Of a stretch of DNA of 64,000 nucleotides, positions 1 to 13,433 are shown in pieces. A program made the position numbers and the translations under genes. How positions within the stretch are numbered: position 1 is the stretch's first letter; each line of letters opens with the position of its first letter. The notes below the pieces were generated by a model. It saw only the letters and a program-made list of their open reading frames with translations, was not told the origin of the DNA and searched no databases. This DNA comes from Felis catus (lineage: Eukaryota): assembly GCF_018350175.1 (NCBI RefSeq), contig NC_058368.1, positions 156,490,001 to 156,554,000 on the forward strand, written 5' to 3'.

Positions 1-1084
1 AATGTGGAGTTTTTTACTAGACTGGCTGAAGTAACCACTTGGAAGCATACTATTTTAACCCTCCTGACAGATATTATCAGTCAGTAGTACAACCAAGGGC
101 TTTTCTCTCTCCTTTCAGTAATAATCAAAAAGAGCGATGCTGTGAGTTAGAGGTTTAAACAGAAAGAAATTGAAATCCATGACAGTGATGACTTAATAAT
201 ATTGCAAATTATAGTTTTTAGTTCAGGTAATTTAGCATACCAAATCACAGTTTAATTTCCTTCTACAGAGCTCAGGCAAGCAAGATAGTGTATGGGAGAA
301 GGGGCAAGGCGGGGTAGAGGGTGGAGGCAAAGAGGAGAGTGAGGAAAAAATTTTAAGACCCCCCCCCCCAAATGCAGGTACCCTTGAGAGACTAATAAAA
401 GTGACCTGGAGAATGTAAAGGGCAGTCAGTTAATAAGTGTGAGGCATACAGCCGTGATCTTGGGGGGCCAGGAGTCTTTGCTTTTGTTCAGGTGCCTGCT
501 TCTCCTGCCTGGTGGAATGTGAGCATCAAGTGCCCAGAAGGAATGCATAACGTGTGCAGAGCCCTGACAGCTGCGAAGGGAAAGAATGACTTTGAGAGTG
601 TCAGCAAAGCGGAGCCGCGGTTGAATGGCATGTGTCCTTGACTGCGTACAGCACAATGCCTTGTGAAGGAACGAGGGTGGTGGGGCTGCATCACTTAATG
701 ATTTGTCTTTTGTTCTAGGATCAACCTTCCAGAAACCAACCACTATTCAACCTGCACACACCACTCATCTTGCAAAATACTCAAAATAGCTTCCTCAGGT
801 ATGTCAATTAATTCACCTGGCTGAAGCCGTGTCTGTGTGCTTGGCTAGAGAATCAGGAAAGAATCCTCCTGATTAAATTTCCTCAAAAATGATTACCTGA
901 GTTCCAGCCAAGTAGCTTGGGAGACAGTAGCTCTTCTAGCTGGTCAGTATTACCCAGATAGACTGCAGCTGACCAGCTGGCCCTCATGTTCACCAGAGTA
1001 CCCTGGAGTAGTTATGTCCCTTTGCACCTACCTGAATTCGGTGTTTAGGGGTCAAATAGCTAGGCTGAGTTTGCAGATGCTTGA

Positions 1085-1235
1085 AACTAAAGTTTCGCAC
1101 TCAGGTGCCTAAGAATCACCTACTTAGAAAAAATTCCTGTGAACCGCCCCATCCTTACTGAATAGGAATATCTTGAGGTGGGGCTGAGGAATCAATGTTT
1201 GAACATGATTCCTGTATTATTTTGGTGAAAACCAG
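1085..1235. mobile_element. MER5A-like hAT MITE relic
   Basis: agaatcacct...ccccatccttactgaat..gaat.tct.gaggtggggctgaggaatc..tgttt follows the MER5A layout. Confidence 0.6.
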
Positions 1236-3339
1236 GGTCTTTTTTTTTTAATCTCCTCAAGTTTACCTGAGTAGAAAAAAAACAAAAAGTAACCCCTCAT
1301 AAACACAAAAAGCACAAACACAAACACACCTAAGGAAACAGAACTCAATCCAAAGAACTCATATAAGTAGAGAGATCATGTCTTTTATTATACAAACCAA
1401 GACACTTCTGAAAGCAAAATTGGGCACTACTAATAATTACAGCAGGATAGCAGGTGTAGACTGGGACTCTGCTAGGCCAACCAGGACTCGTGGTCACCAG
1501 AGTTCTAAGACTAATCTGATAGGAAAGGTGATTAGGATTTAGGCCACCAGCCCAAGAGAAAGCCCTCAATCATGTCTTGATGCTTAAACATTACTGCAAA
1601 TATTTTAATAGGGAGGGTTTTGTGAGCCCTAAGCAGAGAGGATCTGGCTCAGAGGCTTGCACTAGCTTGGACAGAATGGATAAACTCTGTGGTCCAATTA
1701 TGCCAACCAGGAAGAGACCAGTAGAAATTTTGACCTCCCAGTGGAAGAGTGCATACAGCAGTAACATTTATCCACAGCAACTTCAGAAATCAGTCTCATG
1801 AAATGTAAAGGATTATTCCTCAGAGGCAAAGAAGAGGAGAAACAAACCAGACATTATTCTATTCGTTACATTCATCTTACAGTTTCTAGAAAATACCTTT
1901 TCCCCAAGTTTTTAGTTTTACTCTCACGTGGTTGGCACAAACCACCTAACAATTATTGTCACATGGATTTCCTACTGCTTTCTTCCTGAGGGAACTACTG
2001 CAATATTTCTGTAGGACAAAGGAGGAATGGGTTGTGCATTTTCATTATTCAATGTGTGCAAAGAAATCAGTGTGTAAAGGATGTTTTAGGAGTGCAAAAT
2101 AGCTAAGTGAGAAAGCATTTTTTTTCTAGGAAATTTCATTTATTTCTTTGGTTTTTAATAACGATTATGGTAGATAGTGGCTTTTGCAAAACATTACAGT
2201 GATGTTATTGCATATTTCTTTTTAGATATTCCTTCTATTTTTAGTGTAAGCTCAAAATACAGTTCAATTTGGCATCTCTTAACCAACAAAATTCTATGCT
2301 TGCTCTAATGGGTAAATGCCCCAATATTGTAAGTCCTTCTTAAAATGTGAAAACCAAATAAACTGTATATGAAGAATCTGGATCTTCACAAAGTAACTTC
2401 TCTTACAGAAATTGTATGTAGGATAGGCTGTGCCTCTTTTGTGTTGAGTTGCCAGTGCATGGAATGGAAGGAAAGTGTAATTGGTGTGCCAGCCCCTGAG
2501 AGAAAAGCAGTATCTGAGGAAACATTGAAATAATTACTAAATATGTGTATAAAAGAGGCATGGTGATAGTTACAGGAGAAGGGAAAGAGAAGGCAAGGAA
2601 GAGAGAAATCGTTCTTAGATGATTATAAAATATATCTTATTTACCTGAGAGAGTTAAAGTGCATTGGCTATGCTTTTTAAAAACTGGTCTTAATTACCCT
2701 GGAGACCAGAATTCCATATGAGGTAAATATGTTTTTAGATAGTTTTCTAAAATATGTATAATTTACTCAAGGAAAAAAGGACTGTGTCCTCTGGAGCCAA
2801 TCTAGCCTCACAGGTAAATACAAATTTAAGTAGATTCCTAAGAAGTATATTATGTACAGTGGCTGATGGAGTGGAATGTCTATGAAGAAGCTGGGAAGGT
2901 CCGTCAGTTAAGTACATAATAAAAATGTATTGGAAAAATACATCATTTTCTCAGTGGACTATAATTGGCTATGCATAGTAAAAAGTCTTATTTTCCAAAA
3001 TGTATTCTGCATCCGCAGAGTTTTAAATCTCAATAACTGCGTTATTTTTAAAACTCAGAATGCTAAGCAATATTAGTGCGAGTGACAGAACTGCAGGGTA
3101 GATGTCATTCTATAATATACAACTCTTTTTGACATCTTTTTTTCACCTTCTTCTTCTTTTCAAGCAGACTTCATCTAAAGCCATAGGTGAAAAGTTAAAG
3201 AAGATGGAGAACAAAACTCTACTTTCCTTATTCAACAGTTGGAGTGATGCTCTTAGAATTATCACAGTACATTTAACTTTAAAATATACCCTCTTTTATT
3301 GTTCAGGAAGAGTTTTGTTTTCCAGTATAAACAAAATAG

Positions 3340-3440
3340 AAAGAATGAATGAAAGAAAGAAAAAAAGAAAGAATGAAAGAAACGGAGGGAGGGAGAGAGG
3401 GTGGAAGGAAGGAAAGGAGAAAGGAAGGAAGGGAGGAAGA
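3340..3440 (+). repeat. Purine-rich (GAAA/GGAA/GGGA) low-complexity tract
   Basis: Seen directly. It explains the low-complexity ORFs at 3102-3601. Confidence 0.9.
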
Positions 3441-3479
3441 GACAATGTGAAGTGTCTAGAGTAACACAACAGTCTAGTT

Positions 3480-5050
3480 CTGTCATTTACATCTTCATTT
3501 GGTGGGCAAGCCTTTCCTATCCCACTGATCAAGGGGCTTCCTCCTTCTAACTCCTCACCATTCTCCCAGCCCATCAGCTCAATTCTAACTTCACTTGTCA
3601 TCTTTCTTTGAAACTTGTTCTATGTCCTTTCTGTATTACCCTGTTTGTGTACAAATCATTCTGGGTTGATGAACCATGAACTGTTGTGTTTTCATTGCTA
3701 CATACTCACTTTACGTCACATGGCCCCAGCCGAGCCTTCACTGCTGCTTGACCATCCAGTCATTCTGGGGTTGACTGGTTATCACATTCCTTTCAGATAT
3801 TCTTTAAAACTTCCTCCATATTCCAGAGCCTCCCACCCTAAATTTTTTTTTAATATAATTTATTGGCAAGTTGGATAACATACAGTATATACACTGTGCT
3901 CTTCGCTTCGAGAGTAGATTACCATGATTCATCACTTACATACAACACCCAGGGCTCACCCCAAGAAGTACCTTCCTCAATGTCCATCACCCGTTTCCTC
4001 CTCTCCCCTCCCCCCCCCCCCATCAACCATCAGTATGTTCTCTGTATTTAAGAGTCTCTTTTGGTTTGCCTCCCTCTCTGTTTGAAGCTATTTTTTCCCC
4101 TTCCCTTCTCTTATGGTCTTCTGTTAAGTTTCTCAAATTCCACATATGACCTACCCTAACTTTGAATTCACAGCAGATGACCATTTCTCCCACTTTGCTG
4201 AAAGAAAGAGGCCATGTGTACTTCCTCAACACCCACCCTTCCATCCTGGATCTCCCATGAAACTCAATCCCTTCTCTAGTGTTCTTCCTTCCATCTATCC
4301 TATCTCTTCTGAGACCTTGAGCTTGTACTCTTCTAGCTCTGTAAACCCACCTTCCCCCACTTGTTCCTTCTGAAATAGTGTGAGTTCCCCAAGACTAAAA
4401 CAACACTCAAATTCCTGCCAAGATCCTAAGTTCTTGTCCTTCCTTCCCTCCCCTTCCAGAGTGAGGCCATTCTGAAGAGCAGTCCATACATGCTGCCTTC
4501 AACATTTTCTGCTGTCACCACTCTAGGGAAACTACAAGCACCAAGGTCTTCACTAATTGAATCATCAATGTTCATGACTTTTTCCCCCAGTTGTCATCTT
4601 CCATGAGCATTTACCATATTTAATTCTAGTAATACGTTTCTCAAAACTCTTGGTTCCCATAACAGCAACCCTTCTGATTCCCCTCCTACCACTCTTATGA
4701 TTCCTTCTCAGCCATATGCTCTGTTCTTCATCCTGTCTTGCCCCTTAAATAGAGGCATTCTCCACAGAACTGTCCTTGGCCCTCTTCCCTGCACTCTCAA
4801 CAGCCTCTGTTTCAGTAATTACTTTTATCTGTAATTAGTACTGCTCAAATTTAACTTTCTGGCCATAACCTCTTCTTTGAATTCCAGATTTATATTTCTA
4901 GTATCTACTGGAATACCTAATTTGATGGCCTGGTGACATTTCAGATTCAACATGTTAGAACAAAAGTAATTTCTTTCCCTCTAAAATCTATCCCTACTCA
5001 GACTCTGTCTCTTCCATTTAATAACATAACAATCTTCCTGGACTCCCATG
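3480..5050 (+). mobile_element. L2 LINE relic, interrupted by a younger L1 3' end
   Basis: Pyrimidine-rich L2 3' motifs: cccttaaatagaggcattctccacag..tgtccttggccctcttc; ctcaaattt..ataacctcttctttgaattccagatttatatttc; tcagattcaacatg. Confidence 0.65.
3844..4149 (-). mobile_element. 5'-truncated carnivore L1 3'UTR fragment
   Basis: A poly-T head followed by aatataatttatt...gattcatcacttacatacaacacccag...tttctcaaattccacatatga. Imperfect TSD ccaccctaaattt / ctaccctaacttt. Confidence 0.85.
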
Positions 5051-5089
5051 ACTGATAATGTTGCTGTTGCTGCTAACAATAATGATAAC

Positions 5090-5320
5090 ACCACTCTAAT
5101 AACATTATACTTATGAAATTTGTTTTATGATAAAGACATCATTATAAGCTTTATACATATTTACTCATTTAATCCTTATAACAAGATAAGGTAGGAACTA
5201 TCATTAACCCCATTTTAAAGATGAGGAAACAGAGGGATAGAGGTGAAGTACTGTGCCTAACAGCATACAAAAGCCCGGTTCCAGAACCAATACTCTTAAC
5301 CATTATGCTACCCTGTTTCA
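5090..5320 (-). mobile_element. MIR SINE
   Basis: catttaatccttataacaa..aggtagg..ctatcattaaccccattttaaagatgaggaaacagagg is the reverse of the MIR core. Confidence 0.8.
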
Positions 5321-6009
5321 AAAAATCTAAAGCTAATTTTGGAGGCATTATTAAGAACACATTATAGCTGAGAGTCGCTGGAAGGTGGCTCATTTGAGGT
5401 ATGAGAGACTTGAAACCAAGTGGTGGCTTTAGGAATACAAAAGAGAGTGAATGATGGGAACACATTGGAACTCTGCAATGATGGAAACTGCGTTCAACTC
5501 TGTATCATCCTTGGGCACCACGTGTAATGACTGGGTCTCAGAGACCAGTGAATGTGAATCGGAATATAGAATGAATTCTACACATAGGGAGCAGAAAGTT
5601 CCTTTTAATATCATACTGGCAAAGGTAGATCCAATTCTGTTTCCTTATGGGATATGTAACTATGAGGCAGATAGATATTGCCTCAGGATCAGAAAGATCA
5701 GAAAGATATTGGCAAAATGAAGATGATAGGACAATCACTTTTCTTTTGCTAAATAATATCCAGTATACAACATGGCTAGTTGGAGTGGTTATGGGACTCT
5801 GATATCTGAATTGCTGTTTTCCATTCATACACATAGAACTTTCTATTCACTGAGCATTGAACCAAATGCTTACTATTTATATACCATTGTGCTTAATATG
5901 TGTTATAATACTGTTTTTGTCACTATGGTTTATAATGTTTTTGTGGAGACTTACACATTAGATTAAATAAAACCATGAATTAATTAATTAATACATAAAT
6001 GTTGTAAGA

Positions 6010-6195
6010 ATGTGGCATAATGGTTTAAATCATGGGCTTTTGGAGTCTAGACAGAACTGGGTTCTAATTTCAGTCTTTAGTTGTGACTCTGGACAAGTCA
6101 CTTAGCCTAGCACAGTGGATGATAGAACTACTTAATAGTGTTGTCGTGAACAAGAAATGAGATGATACATGTGAAGTGCTCAGTATAGTGCACAT
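6010..6195 (+). mobile_element. MIR SINE
   Basis: gtggcataatggtt..catgggcttttggagtctagacaga.ctgggttc..tgtgactctggacaagtcactta..aaatgagatgatacatgtgaagtgctcag. Confidence 0.75.
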
Positions 6196-6356
6196 AATTT
6201 TAAAAAATGGAAGGGAAAGTAGATGAATATCAACTGAGGAGAAAAAACACATTATTGTGTGTTTTGAAGTACAGTTATCACTGGCTAAAGAGTTAATTGG
6301 CAGGATATGGGGTGGGGAGCAGATTCCAGTTGGGTTTTAAAGATGAATGGGTCTTG

Positions 6357-6871
6357 CTCCTCAGTGCTACCTGGGGAGGTGGCAGCCATCTTTCACTCAG
6401 CATCATGGCTGACCTCAGACCTCTGGTGAAGCCCCAGATCGTTAAAAAGAGGAAGAAGTCACCCGGCATCAGTCAGACTGGTATGTCAAAATTAAGTGCA
6501 ACTGGTAAAAACCCAGAGGCATTGACAATAGGGTGCACAGAAGATTCAAGGCCAGATCTTGATGCCTGACATTGGTGACAGAAGCAACAAGAAAACAAAG
6601 CACATGATGCCCAGTGGCTTCCAGAAGTTCTTAGTCCGCAACGTCAAAGAGCTTGAAATGCTGCTGATGTGCAACAAATCTTACTGTGCAGAGATTGCCC
6701 ACAATGTCTCCTCTGAGAACCACAAAGCCATTGTGGAAAGAACAGCTCATCTGGCCATCAGAGTCACAATCCCAATGCCATGCTGTGCAGTGAAGAAAAT
6801 GAACATACAGACAGTTTATGTGAACATCATGTCTGTGTTCATAAAACCATAATACTACAAAAAACAAAAAG
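6357..6871 (+). pseudogene. RPL32: Processed pseudogene of ribosomal protein L32 (eL32), full length
   Basis: A 5'UTR (ctcctcagtgctacctggggaggtggcagccatc) precedes the ATG at 6405. The frames give MADLRPLVKPQIVKKR, then [42 protein letters not shown], then SEENE near 6803. It is intronless with several frameshifts and an A-rich tail at ~6858-6870. TSD gatgaatgggtcttg occurs at 6342-6356 and 6872-6886. Confidence 0.96.
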
Positions 6872-9800
6872 GATGAATGGGTCTTGAATAAGCAGAACGG
6901 GCACTTCATGTAGACTGTAAGAGCATATCAGGAGAATCTTAAGAGGAAGATACAAAGTAAGGAATAGTGCAACTGCAAAATCTATAGAATTTTTCTTATA
7001 GGTTAGAGAAAACCACCAAAAATGATTCGAGTTTTTGCATCTTCATGAGTAAAATATTTGCGCTACTGGTAGAAATTCTTGAGCTACAAAGGACGCTTTT
7101 TTGAGAGGAAAGAATAGAAGTTCAGATTGAAATATACTGTGTTTGGGTTTATGATGAAGCAACTTTCAATGTACAAAAGGGTGGAAAGACACAACAGACT
7201 TGGGACAGAAGGCATAACCAGAAATGTTTAGCTCCTTGAGAAGAGGAATTAGGCCTCATTTCTGTTTGTATCCTTCAGAGAACATAGCGTAGTGCTTTGA
7301 ACGTTACAAGTACATAATACTTGTTGCAGTGATGAAAGAATACATGGATCAAAGTAAAGATTTTGGAGTTATCTTCCTTGAAGTGATAGTTAAAATTGTG
7401 GGCAAAGATTAAGAAAGAACAAAAGTGGGAGATACACAAACAATGAAGACAAACAATGAACACGGAAGTGTTAGAGTAAAAAGACCTGAGTGTCCAGGGA
7501 GATAGAAGGGTATATGATTAAATGGTGGCTAAGATAGCATTGAGCTCAATGCACTAAAAAGGTAGAAGGCCGAATGATGTTATTAATGTCTTCAGGGAAC
7601 AAGTTCAGGGAACAGTGTTATAAATGGAAGCCACGAAGGAAAGAATTAAGATTGAACAAAAGAGGGGAGTAAATGGAGGCAACAGATGTACAGCATGTCT
7701 GAGATTGATGGTGAACAAAGGAAAAGAAACCTACTCTCTTACAATGTATCTATATTTGATGCACAGAACAGACATTTGTCATAGGTACACAAATATTTAT
7801 TACGTGCATACATGCATGAATATGTGAATGAAAGAATGAATTGAATGAATCATTCATACTGAATGAGAGAAAAATACCCTATCTTGATTCCTTTTTTCTT
7901 AATCAGAATATTTTCACCTTCATTTCTGTGCTGTATGTAAATAGATGCAAACATACTTAAAGGTGACAAAGTTGGTCAACTCTTGTAAAAAAAAAAAGTT
8001 GATCTCTTTCTACCATATTACTTTTACTTGTTATGGGAAAAGATTCACACAGGAAGTTCTATCATTATGATTTAGATTGTGGGAAGGGAAATGTTTAGAA
8101 ATAAATACAAGGAATTTTAATTTTCCTATCAATTGTTTTCACATAAGCTATAACCCTTCCAAGTGGCTCCCATGTGGATAGTCTCTTTTATTAAAACTAA
8201 TTGTTTTGTATGTTTGGAAAATGCAGTTTTATTATGAGGGAGAAAAGTTTGTATGCTATCATTACAATATAAAAAGTAAACATGACTTATGGAAACAAAG
8301 AAACATCCGAAATCAGTAAGCATCTGTTTACTTGTCTCTGTATAAATGAAAAACAGAGATCAAGAAAATATTTTAGCTATGGGTTTGTCTTTTTTTAATG
8401 CTCTGAAATTCATGCTGAGTGGGGAAAACTCATGCTTGATACATTCAACTTACAGTACGTTTTCAAGGTGAATTACTAAATCCTAAGAACCTGACCTTCT
8501 AATGAAGGCACTGAGGCAAGCACAGAGTTGGTGAAGAAAACCACAAAGATATAAAAATGCATAGATATATGATCAACCAGGGACAAACTCTGATAGAATT
8601 ATCACCAGATCTCTACAGACAAGGTATATCTATCAAACATGCCTACCATAAGCTTTGATTCTGTTAATTTCCTGAGAAAAGACATCAGGTAGAGTTCTGG
8701 ATGCCAGGTGTGTAAACACTAAGAGATTGTGATATTGCGATATCTTTTGTGCAGAAACCTGAACACAACGCAACCAGATGCAGAAGTGAGTTTCCATTGG
8801 GAATGCTACCCACCCTTTTACTACTGGTACCATTATTTAAACGTTTAATGTAGGAGAAACTGAAGGCCAAAAAAGAACATGCTTGCACTTAATTTCAAGT
8901 GACAGCTAGTACAGTGCATTAAAGGTGTAATACTATACACATGGTAGTTATATATAAATAGTAACATTAAAAAGGGGTTACAACATCCCTAAGACATCCT
9001 AAGTCTAAAACACTTAAAAAGCACATTTGCAGTACAACTTATCTTAAATTATTTTAATTGGTTTCAAGACGACTTCAGATTACCGATGGGCTTTGACTTT
9101 TTCTGATTATAAAAGAGAAACACAGATGAAGGCTTTTTAGGCAGCCTAATACCATTCCCAGGTAGACTACCACCTAGCCTGTGTTACTTAAATATCATTA
9201 ACTATCAACTAACATTATTTTTACATAAATGTTTTATGTAAATTTTGTTTTCCTAAAGTTGTTAGTCCTCTTCCTCTTAATAAATATAGCTAATGCAAAA
9301 AAAATTTTTTTATTCTTTTTTTGTGTTCATTATCCAGGAACTTTATGAAAGAAAAAGGGGTGTGTGTGTGTGTGGGGGGGGGGGACAGAGTGACAGAGCT
9401 TGGATACTTAGCAACCATTTTACTGTTGAGAGTCTTTTTTTTTTTTTATAGTATGAAAAATAATCCAGTTACATTCTTTAGCTCGATTACTCACAAATAA
9501 CTTATCTGAAAAAAAAATCAAGTAAATCTGTCAGTCGGGGAAGTTTATTTTTCCATGTGTTATCTAGAGATAAGCCAGCCTGTACTATTAGATTTCCACT
9601 GACATAATTGTGCATGAATTCTGATCTGATTTGGTATTACATGGTGCAAAAGGTGACACATTTTCTCTAATATACCCCATTAGAAAGGAAAGAAATTGCC
9701 AAAGTATGAAATCTGAGGACCTTGATTCAGAAACTATGTGACTTTGAGGTCAGCTCAAAGGAAAAAAAGAACTTGTTCAACTACCCCAGGCACTGAAGGT

Positions 9801-10852
9801 TGTGACAAGAAAACCTAATACCTAGGGTAGTTACTCTTTTGGATAATCAATAAAATCTTACATTATCAGACTGCAGCAGCTGTATATTTGTTTATTATAT
9901 TGCCTTGTATGTCTCCAAAATATTCTAGTGTGGAATCACAGAGAAGACAGATGCTGTCTCTGTTTCCAAATCATTGTGATCAGAATACATGGGTAAGATA
10001 CCAGAACCAAGAAATAGCATATATGTGTATGATGAGCTCAATATTGATTTTAATATTTGCATACTGCTACCTCACTACAGCAGAAAAACATTAGCTCCAA
10101 GGATCCTGGAAAAGAGTCTTGACCGAGCTACTTAGAGTTTGTACAACAAAATTTTCAGAGATATCAGTCATCTTTTAAATCCTATGAGAAATATCCTTGA
10201 ACAAATTAGTAAAATACCAGATGTGAACTGTTGGCAATTTCAAATTACATTTTCTAAAAAGAAGAAACTCTTATGCTTTAAGAGGGAAATGTTCTGCAAT
10301 CTCCTTTCCTCACTTGGCTTTTCATTTTTGGCAGCCAGTCAGAGCAAGTAAAGCCTGACTTCCAGGACAGTGGACAGTGGCATTTTGTCTTCCTTCACTG
10401 GTAGAGGACAATGGATGTCCAGTATAGTCTGAATAGGATTTAAAAAGGATTTTTTTTTATGACTCCTTTCTATGTACCAACTAGCTTCAAGGGAGAGTTC
10501 AGCTAGATAGTGAAATTTCTGGGCTGAATTCTTATCTATGGACAAAGCAGAAGAAGAAAGATTTAGGTAGCACTTTCAGGTTTTAGCGAAGTAGAGAATG
10601 ACAATTCAGTCAGTCCTTTGATGCTTCTCCACTTGTAAATCAATAACAAAAAATGAAACAAAAATATACGGGATGATAAACTTTGGATACACCTGGCAAT
10701 TTGAAGGCACTATGCTTGTTTAAGTTTTGAGATAACCTAATCAAGCACTATATGCTGATAAACCTTAGATAAAGAGAAAGTCTCCTGTTAGGCAACAGGC
10801 TTCATATACCTTAATGCTACTGGACATCTATTAGGAGCTTTTCTTCTTTAGA

Positions 10853-11375
10853 AATGGTAGCTGATTTTACTTTCCAAAGATGGCCACATAATATCTCCCA
10901 TCTCTTAGATTCTTATGCAATAGGACCTTGACACTCCTTATTAAGAGGTAGAACCAAAGCCATCCTCTCCTTGAATCTGGGCTGGCCTTAGTGACTTGTT
11001 TGACCAATAGGACATGACAGAAGTGACATTCTGGGACTTCCAAGCCTACATCATAAACTTTGCAGCTTCTGCTTGGATCTCTTGAAACACTCACTTTTGG
11101 AATCATTCTCCCTCTTAGAATTGAGTTGCTATGTCATGAGAAGCCAGCAACAACCCCTAGTCATCCAACTGAGCCATCTGGAATGTCCAGCCTAGTCAAG
11201 CCCTTGGAGGACCACAGCCCCAGATAGCTGGCTAGACTCACAAGAGTGATTCGAGCAAGAGCTGCCCAGGTGAGCCCAGTGAAGCCAGTGAATAATGAAA
11301 GAATGGAAATTATTACTTTAGTCACTAAGTGGGTTTTTGTAGGGGGTAGGCACTGGGAGATTGTTATGCAAAACA
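10853..11375 (+). mobile_element. MaLR solo LTR (MLT1G/H-like)
   Basis: aaagatggccac..ccttgaatctgggctggccttagtgacttgtttgaccaatag..cagaagtgac.ttctgggacttccaagcct, with a 3' end resembling tttagtcactaag..ttgttatgca. Confidence 0.8.
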
Positions 11376-12439
11376 ATGGCGGGCTTTGGAGACAAACAGG
11401 CTAAAGTTTGTAGTTTGGTTGTTTCGCTTGTTTTGTGATGTTGAGTGAGTTACTCAGAGGCTTCAGTCTTTTCATTTTATAAATAGTGACAATAGAAGGG
11501 GTTTCTCAACTGACCCATGATCCTCCTGCATCGTATTTTCCTAAAGTTTTAGATCAAAGCCAGAATAATCATGGCTGTTACATGCCTTTCCTTCTGAACC
11601 AACTTTTGAGGCATCAAAAATATTTTGCATCCTTTTACATTGATACTTCTTGCTTCCACATTGGATCTGCGTTCACTTAGTGAAAGCACACTAAATGGGG
11701 AAGAGGCCCTGAATATGGACCTGTTGCCATCATGTTTTCAAAGTCTCTCTTAAGATCTAGTGTTGAAGGAAAAGAGGGCTGGGCAGGCACGGAGGACACT
11801 TTCTGTCTATACTGACCAGAACATGCAATTTTGCACACCAAGTGACCTAGTCGTCATCTCTGGGTGGGTCAACAGGCCTTACTACAACATGACCAGGAAG
11901 GAAAGTTAATTAGAGAGTTAGTTTTCTGACCTCAGTTTCTTCATCATCAGACAAGTTACCTAATTCCCAGACTTACCTTCTTCTTAGATAAGTTAACTTG
12001 TTTTCAGATTCAACTACTTCTCTATTTTAGTCTCATTATCTGGTTTCTAATCTTAGCTACTTCCCCACTAGCCAAGTTAATCTTCCTGATACTGAAGCAT
12101 GGGAATAATACTTGATAAGCCAATACACAGAGTTATTGTGAACATTAAATTAAGGTAAAGAAATGGAAGTACTTTGAAACATGTGAAGTGCTTCACAAAT
12201 ACAAGGATATCTCAGCCAAGCATCTTATAGTCCTCAGCAACTCTAAATTTTCCCTTATTCTATAGAACATAAATTGTTTCAATAATCTTAGTACATTTAC
12301 TATTAAAAGTATCTCTCAAATTTGTTTCTTTCTTATTATCATGATTGCTGTTTTCAGTGCAGGCTGACATTATTTCTTGCTGGGAATACCATGGCACCTC
12401 CTCGCATATTTCTCTACTTCGAGTCTCATTTCCTTCTTC

Positions 12440-12654
12440 TTTTTTTTCTTAATGTTTATTTTTTGAGAGAGAGAGAGAGAGAAAGAGTGAGCGAGCATGC
12501 AAGCAGGGGAGGGGCAGAGAGAGAGGGAGGCAGAGGACCAGAAGTGGGCCCTGTGTTGACAGCAGGGGGCCCAATGCAGGGCTGAAACTCACAAACCTTG
12601 GGATCATGACCTGAGCCAAAGTCAGATGCAACTGACTGAGCCATGCAGGTGACC
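12440..12654 (-). mobile_element. Felid Can-SINE
   Basis: Poly-T, (GA)n and tRNA-derived head. TSD agtctc(a/g)tttccttctt at 12422-12438 and 12656-12672. Confidence 0.93.
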
Positions 12655-12707
12655 AAGTCTCGTTTCCTTCTTATTCCATCACCTGCCCATTAGCAGAGTT
12701 TTCTTCT

Positions 12708-12773
12708 TTTTTAAAATTTATTCATTTATTTTGAGAGAGAGAAAGAGAGGGAGAGCATGAGCAGGGGAGGAGC

Positions 12774-12829
<56 letters not shown>

Positions 12830-12921
12830 GGAGAGAATGGGAGAACCCATGAATCATGAGATCATGACCTGAGCCTAGATCAAGAGTTGAATGCTTAACT
12901 GGCTAAGCCACCCAGGTGCCC
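12708..12921 (-). mobile_element. Felid Can-SINE with an internal deletion and expanded (GA)n
   Basis: TSD cagagttt(t/c)cttct at 12694-12707 and 12925-12938. The central caggctc..cacagagccc segment is missing. Confidence 0.9.
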
Positions 12922-13433
12922 TGACAGAGTTTCCTTCTAAAAGCACAAATGTCATCATGACAATTCCCTATTTTAAAAGAGCCTTTGATTTCTCACTGCT
13001 TGAAGATAATTCAAATTTCTTAACTGATGGCTAAAGCATTCACAATCTTAAATTTACCTTTTCCAGTGTCATTTTCCTCCACTTTATGCTCCTACTGTAC
13101 CAAATACTCCTTGAATTCACATACCACATTTCCTTGTACATTCTCACTCATCCTTCAAGACTTAAACTAAATGCCACCTCTACTGTGCAAACATTTGCTG
13201 ACAAGTCTGTGAAGATGGTCACCTTCCTGTTTTTCCCACCCAAACTCTTTATAACTCTATTACAACATTTTTCTCACTGTATTGTAGTTATTAGTTTACA
13301 TAATCAAGGGTCCCATCCGACAGCGATTCCTGAAAGGCCCATATTCTGCCATATTTATCTGTCTGCCCAGTGTCTTGTCCTTCACTTTAAGTTTATGGGG
13401 AAAAGAAAGCACTTTTCAGTGAGAGAGACCTAA

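Noticed and set aside
3102..3601. Overlapping 74-120 aa ORFs
   Set aside because: They arise from the GA-rich low-complexity tract.
6297..6852. ORFs 6297-6569 and 6559-6852 as a functional RPL32 gene
   Set aside because: Frameshifts, no introns, a TSD and an A-tail mark it as a processed pseudogene.
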